From: Calditrichaceae bacterium
GTDB lineage: Bacteria > Calditrichota > Calditrichia > Calditrichales > JBFXGD01
Reading direction: 5' to 3'
Assembly: GCA_050178385.1 (NCBI GenBank)
Contig: JBFXGD010000052.1
Location: forward strand, 1-21,348
Length of the DNA: 21,348 bases
Of the stretch, positions 8,901-16,811 are shown in pieces. Position 1 is the stretch's first letter; each line of letters begins with the position of its first letter. Made by a program: the position numbers and the translations under genes. The notes below the pieces were generated by a model that was not told the DNA's origin, ran no database searches, and was given only the letters and a program-made list of their open reading frames with translations.

Positions 8901-11336
8901 AATATTCTGCTGGATAAATCCGGGAAAAAGGATGTTCGTCTCGCTGAAGTGTATAACTTATATGGCGGATTATACAAAAATAAGGGAGAATTAGGATTAG
9001 CCGAAGAATATTTAGGTAAAGGCCTGGAATTAAGAATTGATATTCTTGGTGAAATGCATAAGGATACGATCAAGAATTTTCAAAATTATGCCGTAATTTT
9101 AATTGCAAATAATAAAATGGATCGGGCGATGGAGGTTGTTGAGTATAATTTAAAATTAAGCGAAGACAGATTTGGAAAAGATTCAATAAGATATTGTGAA
9201 AGCCTGGAATTGATGAATGAGATTCTATCCAGGCAAAAAGAATTTGACGCGCTCGAATCAAACTTGCTGCATATCTATGAATTTTACGGGAAAACCTATG
9301 GGCAGAATCACCGGATCACCTATAACACTCTGATCAGACTTATTAATGTAAAAAAAGAGTTGGGACATAAAGAGCAGGTTTTGGTGATGACTCCAAAAGC
9401 GATTGAAATTGCCAAAAGTATTTGGGATGAAGATGATAGCAATTATCAAAATTTGCTTCTCGACACAGGTATGAATTTCGCCAATGAAAAGGAATTTGAA
9501 AGAGCCATATCATTATTTGAAGAATTATACAAAATTCAGATCAGAAATTTCGGCAAATTTGACAGTCGGACCATCTTGACTTTGAATAATATCGCCGGGG
9601 CAAAAAAGCTAAACGGGGACATGAACGGCGCCGGGCGGGATTATGAAGAATTATTTGATTCAATCGGGAAAAACAAGACTCCGTACAATGACGAAATACT
9701 AACCTGTTTAAGTAACTATGCCAGAATTAGCCATGAACTCGGGGATCTGGATAAAGCGGACACAAACTATCGAAGTTGTTTTGAGAATGCATCGAAGATC
9801 CACGGTTTTACGCATGAGACTACCCTGGACCATTTAAATTATTTAGGGCAATTCTATAATAATACGGATCGGTTTGATGAGGCAGAAGCCTTATACAGAA
9901 GGTATCTTAATAATTTGACATCCGCGGATGAAGAAACAGAAATAGCACTCATTGAAGTTCTCAAATTATTAATCAACCTGATCGCGCCCCAAAAGGATTA
10001 CGAAGCGCTTGAGCCATTATTGCTAAGGCGCGCCGGATTGTCCGAAAAAATCTATGGCATAAACTCTGTCCGGACAGTCAGGGTTTTGCTGGTACTTTCC
10101 GTCAATTATCAGCTTAAAGAAGATTATCAGAACAGTGTCGCTATTCTCAACAGGATCGCAAAAGAATGCACATCTGAAACATTGTATGGCTCGGGTGATG
10201 AATATGTTCAGATTTACAATGATTTAATCACTTTTTACAATGGAAAAGATACTGAGCAAAAGGAAGAAGCGCCCGCCGATGAAAGCTGGAAAGAAAAAAC
10301 GGATCAAAATAAAAAACTAATTGAACAAGCGGAAAGCGAAGGCGATACCCGCCGGACACTGGAAATATTGGCGGATAATATCGAACTGTACGAGAAGCAT
10401 CAGGGGGCTGAGCATCCTGATACAGTCTTTTGCAAGCGTGATTACGCGAATAAACTCATCGAGATTGACCAGTTCGAATTCGCGGGCAAAATTCTTGAAG
10501 AGGTTTTGGGCATTTTAAAAAACACTTTAGGCGTAAATCATACAGAATATACATTAACGCTTTATTCACTTGCCAAAGCACAAAAAGGTTTGGGTAAATT
10601 TGACGATGCTCTCGCGGGATTTAAGAAAGTAAAAGATCAGGCTGCCGCTGGCCTCGAAAGCAATCACCCGTTTTTGTATGAGATCAACAAAAAAATTGCC
10701 GACACATATTTTGTGATGTTTAAAAATGAAGAAGCATTACGAATATTTAACACTCTCCTGGAAATGATTCCTGAAGAGAACGGCATTGAAAGAGCATATA
10801 TCATACTGCAGATCGGACAGTTATATATACGGCTGGAAATGTATGACGATGCCATAAAATATCTAAGCAAAGCAGAACAATTTTATGATGGGCAGTTTAA
10901 AGAAAATAATCCTTATTCCATTATGATTCCGGATCTGTTGGCGTTTATATATTGGAAAAAAGATGAACTTGAAGCCGCTGAAAAATATTATTGTCAGGCG
11001 GTGGAGAACGCCAGAAAAATGCTCCCGCCCGAACATCCGGCGTACATAAAAACCATCAAAACTATGGCGCTCTTTTATTTTAATAACAATAGATTTAGCG
11101 AATCATTGACCTATCACAATGAATTGTTGAATAATTATATTCAGACTTATTCCGGGAAAGATCAAATTGTTGTCGAACAAAAATTAACCGTCGCGCTGAT
11201 ATATCATAATCTGGAGATGCACAGAGAAGCCGTTGGTTTGTTAAAGGAATCCATCGAAGCCGAACCGGAAGTTTTATCTGAAAACGCTCAAAAAATGATG
11301 ATGAATTTGTATAATTTTTATTCGAAAGGTGATTGA
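5952..11336 (+). CDS. DUF4062 (TIR-like) + STAND/NACHT-type P-loop NTPase + long kinesin-light-chain-type TPR array (NPHP3/TEP1-like architecture)
   Basis: 1794 aa. RVFISSTFRDM..ER..L, DLRWG, ICL.EI...PYFIGILGERYG and SITEMEI.YG mark DUF4062. P-loop region VITGKTGAGASSLL, Walker B MVIDGLDE, winged-helix-like GLSETEI. Many ~42-aa G.DHP.T...L.NL...Y repeats follow. Strong RBS AGGGAGGA at 5936-5943. Confidence 0.88.
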   Translation: MQKSIFNLYKNREVRVFISSTFRDMMAEREYLVKKVFPELCKKYANRGVTITEIDLRWGVLEEDAENGKVIDICLTEIDHSRPYFIGILGERYGWIPDHSEYDKHKKIIENFGWVVKDIENNLSITEMEIQYGVLRNPGMIERSAFFLRDSKNESSIAYKETPGSEEENKLKILKNIIENNRELESSSFNDAAELGKKVFEHLSRIIEADFPLLDEKTKKILPQLNFINARRKVYIKEEKYFGLISDHIKRTSSPIVITGKTGAGASSLLANYLVEYAEKNPDDLLLYNFSNASENSSNYIQVLRRFCEELSGREINLQEEFAENSGEQLKNYLDELITQKAPQNILMVIDGLDEFDNEDNSLLLNWLSYSFDDNAKVIVSCGAGDSLERLKKRRYEVVYITEPDKGAKEKFINDYLSEFSKKLPSKYVEAIVSDDISELPLTLKSFLDELRQFGLHEELDSQIKYYTSADGPVEFFDRLLQRLETDFEENKKGLIEDIFTLLYTSGTGLSETEILSILEIPPLYWTPVYNAIESNILNMNGQLRIAHKYLSDAVKQRYLKSSENQKKISGKIITYFIEDIRDSRAVQEVAHQYILLNDKKGLYDFLSAMETVISLFVSRDNELLLLRYWVWLYPDYSPGGIYSPTQLIDFIEAKEYNFKEAITVITVFGLLFKNLGILDVAEDYFKTVYVWSKKHLDERDDLIRSSLARLVLTNLDLNKIEQAEKYAGEAVLLCDKYLAKEDSNYIAAYSNLGLVLSAKEKYSEAIEIYKVLLEIIDDDETKTEKSKLSILNNLATAYFNNNLIDESIKIYIELINTGENLYGSDHAENIIPLSNLAFIYSQIGKHEEAHEYFNKGIEICTKTYGESHPETISILFNFIGVLLSEGNYDLAGSYLDNIETILKRENIKGEKFGQLLHLRAQLFSSKDDSQKAISFEKDALKIFTEEFGIDHKNTINSLQNLSAYYLEADQLAEAEETIRNTENILLDKSGKKDVRLAEVYNLYGGLYKNKGELGLAEEYLGKGLELRIDILGEMHKDTIKNFQNYAVILIANNKMDRAMEVVEYNLKLSEDRFGKDSIRYCESLELMNEILSRQKEFDALESNLLHIYEFYGKTYGQNHRITYNTLIRLINVKKELGHKEQVLVMTPKAIEIAKSIWDEDDSNYQNLLLDTGMNFANEKEFERAISLFEELYKIQIRNFGKFDSRTILTLNNIAGAKKLNGDMNGAGRDYEELFDSIGKNKTPYNDEILTCLSNYARISHELGDLDKADTNYRSCFENASKIHGFTHETTLDHLNYLGQFYNNTDRFDEAEALYRRYLNNLTSADEETEIALIEVLKLLINLIAPQKDYEALEPLLLRRAGLSEKIYGINSVRTVRVLLVLSVNYQLKEDYQNSVAILNRIAKECTSETLYGSGDEYVQIYNDLITFYNGKDTEQKEEAPADESWKEKTDQNKKLIEQAESEGDTRRTLEILADNIELYEKHQGAEHPDTVFCKRDYANKLIEIDQFEFAGKILEEVLGILKNTLGVNHTEYTLTLYSLAKAQKGLGKFDDALAGFKKVKDQAAAGLESNHPFLYEINKKIADTYFVMFKNEEALRIFNTLLEMIPEENGIERAYIILQIGQLYIRLEMYDDAIKYLSKAEQFYDGQFKENNPYSIMIPDLLAFIYWKKDELEAAEKYYCQAVENARKMLPPEHPAYIKTIKTMALFYFNNNRFSESLTYHNELLNNYIQTYSGKDQIVVEQKLTVALIYHNLEMHREAVGLLKESIEAEPEVLSENAQKMMMNLYNFYSKGD
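7930..11250 (+). repeat. Protein-level TPR repeat array (roughly two dozen 42-aa-type units, estimated from length) inside the DUF4062-STAND gene
   Basis: Recurrent YGSDHAEN, YGESHPET, FGIDHKNT, LGEMHKDT, YGQNHRIT, HGFTHETT, QGAEHPDT, LGVNHTEY, LPPEHPAY motifs. Boundaries approximate. Confidence 0.8.
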
Positions 11337-11367
11337 GTATTCGGTTAAAAAATACTCTTAAACTATT

Positions 11368-14307
11368 ATGCCAGAGAATATTGACAAGACAATACGCATT
11401 GATGATTCAGATTCGGAAACTAAGCCGGATAATACCATCCGGATAGACGAGAGCAGCTCGCGGGATTTGGATCAGACGATTAGAATGGATCATAACTCCG
11501 TCATTAAATCCGGTCTGGGCGGGGGTATTTCGGCAAAGGCAAACCGACATAATTTGTATGATTTGAATGGCAGAGAATACCGCGTATTAAGAAAAATCTC
11601 CGAATCTACTTCCGAGGCTCAAATATTTTTAGTCGAAATAGATGGCGGACAGTATATTCTCAAATATTATTATCCCTTCATCAAACCCAAACAGGAAGTG
11701 ATCAATAAATTAAGGTCTTTGTCACATCCGGATATCATCTCCGTTTTGGATTCCGGCTATTACGAAGAGCGGTTTTTTGAGATATTGACATACGCTGATC
11801 AGGGTTCACTTGCTGAACATATCCCGATTAAAAATATTAAAAAAATTAAGAAGTATGTGACGGAAATTTCAAACGCCTTAAAATTTTGTCATGACAACGG
11901 GATCATTCATCGGGATATAAAACCTTCAAACATATTCCTGAAGGATAAAAGTAAAAACGATGTGCTTGTGGGTGATTTCGGGATCGCGTCGATTGTCAGT
12001 GATGGCGAAGAATTAAGAAGGACAACCACCTTCCAGACGCCGGTGTACGCGGCGCCGGAATTTAAATTATCGTTAAGGGGCGAAACGATCATCACTAAAG
12101 CGGTTGATTATTACGCGCTCGGGATATCCGTCTGGGAGATGTACAGCGGGGTCATACCGCCGGACGGAATGGATGATCTGGAATTTCTGCGTGAAATGTT
12201 TGAGGGTGAACCCCCTCTGCCGGCAGATATGAATGAGGAAATTGCCAATCTCATCAAGGGATTAACGGTTCGGAATTATAAAAAAAGATGGGGATATGAG
12301 GAAGTCGGCAAATGGCTGAAAGGTGAATATGTTGAAATACATACCGAAATTAACGATGAATCCGGGGCTGTATTCGATTTCGGTGAGGATGATAAGGGAA
12401 AGACGCTTGTCGCCGGCAATCCGCAGGAATTAGCCAAACTGATTTATCGGTATCCCGATTTAGGGAGAAAGCATCTATACCGGGGCACCATAAAAGACTG
12501 GCTGAAAAAAACCGGTAATCAAAGATTGTTGATTGAAGTTGCTGATATCACCGAATATATTTATAAGGATGATGAGAAAACTGGTACAAATTACGCGGTA
12601 TATATTCTTGATAAAAACTTTCCGTTTTATTCACTTTCCAATAAACCGCTCAGAACAAAAAAGGAACTGGTTGATGAATTAAGACTAAACTGGAAAGTTT
12701 ACACACCGGAACTTAAGGATCCCAATCATAAATTATATCTGTATCTTCAGTCAAAAATCGCGCGTGATGATGTCGAAAAATTTAGAGAATGCTATAAACA
12801 AAAAAAAGATGAATACGCATTCTATAACATACTGTACACTCTTGAGTTTTCCTATGACAAGAATGCTCCGTTCGCTATCTTTACAAGGGGGGTTCTAAAA
12901 ACACTCATTAGATCACTGGAAGAATTATCCGGGTATTTTTTGAAAAATTGTTCAACAAGAAAGTCATTGTTTCTCAGCGCCGATTTCTGGGTTTGGCTTG
13001 AGTTCAAAGACCGGGAAATAGTATCCACCCTTCAAGAACTATTCAAAGAAGAAGACGGAGCGAGTAAAAATCTTCTTGGCCAGCTGCCTTATCTGATTTC
13101 ACCGGATTCAGGGTATAAAGGATTAAAGGGGAATGAAATATTTCCTTTTCAGGATTTCGGTAAAGAATTCTATGAAAATTTTGAAGCGTATAAAAAGATA
13201 TTCAAGAATGAGGAAAGCGAGATATTTTATTATCTAAAGTCGAAAAACCTACCCGGTGAGATATCTTTTATACAAAAATGTTTTAATCCCGACAACAAGC
13301 CGACTCCATTTAATGAAAATCTGGCGATGATTAAAATCATCAAGGGATTTGAGTATGATTTGCCTTATGTGAATAAGAGTGATTACTTTTTTTCCCCCGA
13401 TGAATTAATGGCCTCTCTGAAAGGCTCTTCCAGGATTAAAGAGGAACTATCGGATCAGGCTTCCTTTCTAAACATGTGGTTATCTGTGTTTTTCCACGAA
13501 CAGCCGCTAAGTGATGACAGAAAATTTTACATCTATTACCGGGATGATTTTGATAAACAGCTTGAAAAATATTTAGTTTTTATCAAAAAACTTCACAAAA
13601 AAAATGAGATTTCCGGGCGGTATGAAACCGCGAAGAATAAAGTAAAAAGTATCCAGAATAAATACAGCAGGATTGGCTCAAACCGTGTTATAAAAAATAT
13701 TTTCTATTATGGATTGCCTCTGATACCGGCTGTCTTGCTGGTATTATATTCGGTATTTTCAGAAAATAATCCCCTGCCTGCGAATATCTTTAACGTGGGT
13801 CAATGGTATTTTATACCGGTAGCCCTTCTGGTCACGGGTTATTTGTTCAAAGTCATGCATGACAATAATGAAATGGAGTTCAGTACCGGGTGTGTTGGCG
13901 GGCCGGTTCTCGGACTAATTGTCGCTGTTATCTTGTATTATGTTTCTCTTTTCATCATATCTGTTCCACTACTTCTGGTGATAACCCTGGGGATAACATT
14001 CTATTTTATATTCAAAAAATTATATTATCTGATAAAAGAGTATTCTGAAGCCCTGAATAGCGAGAAATCCTATGTTGATATGGATGGCATTAATGATTTG
14101 GTTTATTCCTACACTTTTAAGAAAAAAAATAACATATCCGTTTATGAATCAGAAGGTTTAAAAGAGGCGCATAGTTATACTAAATCAATAAGGCTGAAAG
14201 TATGGGCAATGTTATTGACACCGGCGTTATTCCTAAGCGCAATCGTGTTATTGCTTGTTTATTATAGCCCGGAATTAAACTTATTAAAAATATTAAAAGG
14301 TCAGTAA
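11368..14307 (+). CDS. Hanks-type Ser/Thr protein kinase with internal ~83-aa repeats and a C-terminal multi-pass membrane region
   Basis: 979 aa. YILK99 (VAIK-equivalent lysine), HPDII, HRDIKPSN, GDFG, TPVYAAPE, DYYALG and subdomain XI arginine in YKKRW. About 5 hydrophobic helices in aa ~778-966. Confidence 0.92.
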   Translation: MPENIDKTIRIDDSDSETKPDNTIRIDESSSRDLDQTIRMDHNSVIKSGLGGGISAKANRHNLYDLNGREYRVLRKISESTSEAQIFLVEIDGGQYILKYYYPFIKPKQEVINKLRSLSHPDIISVLDSGYYEERFFEILTYADQGSLAEHIPIKNIKKIKKYVTEISNALKFCHDNGIIHRDIKPSNIFLKDKSKNDVLVGDFGIASIVSDGEELRRTTTFQTPVYAAPEFKLSLRGETIITKAVDYYALGISVWEMYSGVIPPDGMDDLEFLREMFEGEPPLPADMNEEIANLIKGLTVRNYKKRWGYEEVGKWLKGEYVEIHTEINDESGAVFDFGEDDKGKTLVAGNPQELAKLIYRYPDLGRKHLYRGTIKDWLKKTGNQRLLIEVADITEYIYKDDEKTGTNYAVYILDKNFPFYSLSNKPLRTKKELVDELRLNWKVYTPELKDPNHKLYLYLQSKIARDDVEKFRECYKQKKDEYAFYNILYTLEFSYDKNAPFAIFTRGVLKTLIRSLEELSGYFLKNCSTRKSLFLSADFWVWLEFKDREIVSTLQELFKEEDGASKNLLGQLPYLISPDSGYKGLKGNEIFPFQDFGKEFYENFEAYKKIFKNEESEIFYYLKSKNLPGEISFIQKCFNPDNKPTPFNENLAMIKIIKGFEYDLPYVNKSDYFFSPDELMASLKGSSRIKEELSDQASFLNMWLSVFFHEQPLSDDRKFYIYYRDDFDKQLEKYLVFIKKLHKKNEISGRYETAKNKVKSIQNKYSRIGSNRVIKNIFYYGLPLIPAVLLVLYSVFSENNPLPANIFNVGQWYFIPVALLVTGYLFKVMHDNNEMEFSTGCVGGPVLGLIVAVILYYVSLFIISVPLLLVITLGITFYFIFKKLYYLIKEYSEALNSEKSYVDMDGINDLVYSYTFKKKNNISVYESEGLKEAHSYTKSIRLKVWAMLLTPALFLSAIVLLLVYYSPELNLLKILKGQ

Positions 14308-16811
14308 TGTCGTTAGTCTGCAGTAAATGTAAAGCCGAGAACCGGGTCAGCGCGAAATACTGCAAAGCTTGCGGTAGAGCGATTGAGAAACAAATGTATT
14401 CCGGCCTGGATGATGTAATTGGCCGTGAGGATATTAAAGCGACTTTAAACCGGGTTGTTAAGTCAATCGCGCAATTTAAAAAGGGCTGGAACGGCGAACT
14501 TGAATTTAATAAAAATATGATCATTACCGGAAATTCCGGTACCGGCAAAACGAGTTTGGTTCTCTCGATCGCTGATCTGTTTTACAATGAAAATATAACC
14601 GGTAAAAAGCAATGTGTCATTGTTGACGCTTCGGAGTTCGAAGAATTTATTGCGAATATAGAGACTGAATATGCAAAGGCCAAAGACGGAATTCTGTTTA
14701 TTGATAATTTCCATAAAATAGTTAACGGCTCAAATAATGCGGGGCCGGCTGATGTGGATAAACTGATCTACAGAATGGGAAAGGATGGAGCCAATCCGAT
14801 CGTTATTGTAGCCGGAAATCCATCAGAAATCGATAATTATTTTATGAACAACGCTTCTGCAAAAAACAGATTCGAATTTAGCTTCAGATTGTATGATTTT
14901 ACTTCGGCGGAACTGTACGACATATGTAAACAACGCATCGAGAAAGTTGGATTACGGTTGAACGAAAAATCTGCCAACAAACTCTCGTGGCTATTTAAAT
15001 ACAAAGTTAAAACCAAAGATGCCTCCTTTGGGAATGCTCACTATGCTCTGAACGTGGCTGAAGATATTACTTTAGCGTATTATCACCGGATATCTCTCGG
15101 ATCCAGCGATGATAAAATAATTATTGAATCGGATATAACAGAAAATGTACCAAAACAGAAAACGTTAAATGAAATATTCTCTGAACTTGATTCATACGTG
15201 GGCCTGGAGAAAGTAAAGGCCGCCATACATGATATTGCTCTGCAAATAAAAAATCAGCAGAAATTAGAATCTAAGGGTAAAAAGGAAAAACTGCAGTTTG
15301 GATTTCATATGGTGCTTACGGGTAATCCCGGCACCGGCAAAACGATGCTTGTAAGAAAACTGGGAGAAGTCCTTTCGGCGATCAATTATCTTGACCGTGG
15401 CCATGTGGTTGAGGTGGATAAGAGCAAGCTGGTCGGACAGTTTATTGGATCGACGCCTCAGATTGTTCAAAAAAGATGCGACGAGGCCATGGGGGGAATT
15501 CTTTTTATCGATGAAGCCTATGCTCTTGCTCCCAAGGCGGGAGACGCCAATCAATTTGGGCAGGAAGCAATTGAAACCCTGCTTAAACGAATGGAAGATG
15601 ACCGGGACAAATTTGTCGTTGTTGCCGCCGGATACAGAAATGAGATGCAGCACTTCATCAATGCCAATCCTGGGTTAAGAGGCAGATTTGACAGATTTAT
15701 TCATCTTGATGATTATAATCCGGATGAGCTCGTTGAGATATTCAAATTTCTCTTAAACAAAAGTAATTATTCCATGTCACCGGAGGCGTACGCTAAACTT
15801 CCCGAAATCATCAATGAACTTTATGAAAAAAGGGAAAAAATTTTTGCTAACGGCAGGGAAGTGAGAAAATTGTTTGAAGAAACCGTTATAAATTTATCAA
15901 AAAGAGTATCATGTCTCCGAAGTGAGGAGCAAACATATGATAGAATGACGAGAATAGAATCCGCGGACTTTCCTATACAGATTGAAAAAAATGACAACCT
16001 GGATGATATATTTAAGGAGTTAAATTCTCTGGTCGGGCTGCGGAATATTAAGGGCGAATTCGAAAAATTAGTTTCTTATGTAAAAGTGGAGCAAAAGCGG
16101 AAAGAACTTGGCGGTGAGTACGGCGGATTAAGTAACCATTTTGTATTTATGGGAAATCCCGGAACAGGAAAAACCACTGTAGCCAGACTGCTCGGTAAGA
16201 TTTTTAAATCTCTGGGAGTGCTGACAAAAGGTCATGTGATTGAAGTTGACAGATCCGGACTCGTTGCGCAGTTCGTCGGCCAGACATCAGCCAAAACAAA
16301 TGAAGTGATTGATTCAGCCATGGGCGGGGTTCTTTTTATTGATGAAGCATATTCCTTAATCGTAAACGATTCAAAGAACGACTTCGGAAAACAGGCAATA
16401 CAAGCATTATTAAAAAGGATGGAAGATGATGCCGATAGGTTTGTTGTAATAACCGCCGGTTATCCGAAGGAGATGGATGAATTTATTAATTCAAATCCCG
16501 GCCTGAGCTCACGATTTAAGAGGAAAATACAATTTCCAGATTATAATCCGGATGAACTTTTTGAGATATTTAAATTAATGATGAATAAAAAAAGGTTGCG
16601 ATTGACGGATGATGCAGGCAAAAAGGCAAAAAATTTATTTGTTCAGATATATGAATCGCGGGGAAAAAATTTCGGAAATGGCAGAATGGTGAGAAATATT
16701 TTTGAAGCTACGTTGGAAAATCAAAGTTTTCGGGTGGCGCGGTTATTAAACTCGCCTGATTTGGATAAAGATACTCTCTACAAAATTGAAGCGGAGGATG
16801 TTCAATATTGA
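14307..16811 (+). CDS. Zinc-ribbon + triple SpoVK/CbbX-type AAA+ ATPase (first module degenerate)
   Basis: 834 aa. N-terminal CSKC-x10-CKAC. Three Walker A motifs (GNSGTGKT, GNPGTGKT x2). Walker B motifs FIDNF (degenerate) and FIDEAY x2. FGNA/FANGR/FGNGR motifs. Starts in a TAATG overlap with the kinase stop. Confidence 0.9.
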   Translation: MSLVCSKCKAENRVSAKYCKACGRAIEKQMYSGLDDVIGREDIKATLNRVVKSIAQFKKGWNGELEFNKNMIITGNSGTGKTSLVLSIADLFYNENITGKKQCVIVDASEFEEFIANIETEYAKAKDGILFIDNFHKIVNGSNNAGPADVDKLIYRMGKDGANPIVIVAGNPSEIDNYFMNNASAKNRFEFSFRLYDFTSAELYDICKQRIEKVGLRLNEKSANKLSWLFKYKVKTKDASFGNAHYALNVAEDITLAYYHRISLGSSDDKIIIESDITENVPKQKTLNEIFSELDSYVGLEKVKAAIHDIALQIKNQQKLESKGKKEKLQFGFHMVLTGNPGTGKTMLVRKLGEVLSAINYLDRGHVVEVDKSKLVGQFIGSTPQIVQKRCDEAMGGILFIDEAYALAPKAGDANQFGQEAIETLLKRMEDDRDKFVVVAAGYRNEMQHFINANPGLRGRFDRFIHLDDYNPDELVEIFKFLLNKSNYSMSPEAYAKLPEIINELYEKREKIFANGREVRKLFEETVINLSKRVSCLRSEEQTYDRMTRIESADFPIQIEKNDNLDDIFKELNSLVGLRNIKGEFEKLVSYVKVEQKRKELGGEYGGLSNHFVFMGNPGTGKTTVARLLGKIFKSLGVLTKGHVIEVDRSGLVAQFVGQTSAKTNEVIDSAMGGVLFIDEAYSLIVNDSKNDFGKQAIQALLKRMEDDADRFVVITAGYPKEMDEFINSNPGLSSRFKRKIQFPDYNPDELFEIFKLMMNKKRLRLTDDAGKKAKNLFVQIYESRGKNFGNGRMVRNIFEATLENQSFRVARLLNSPDLDKDTLYKIEAEDVQY

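Noticed and set aside
11335..11357. Small hairpin GAGTATT...AATACTC between the STAND-TPR and kinase genes
   Set aside because: A 7-bp AT-rich stem with a 9-nt loop and no U-tract is too weak to call a terminator.
1557..16811. Calling the ATPases spoVK, cbbX or eccA (sporulation, Rubisco activase, type VII secretion)
   Set aside because: The family motifs match, but there are no Rubisco, sporulation, WXG100 or FtsK/EccC genes nearby and the multi-module architecture differs. No gene symbol assigned.
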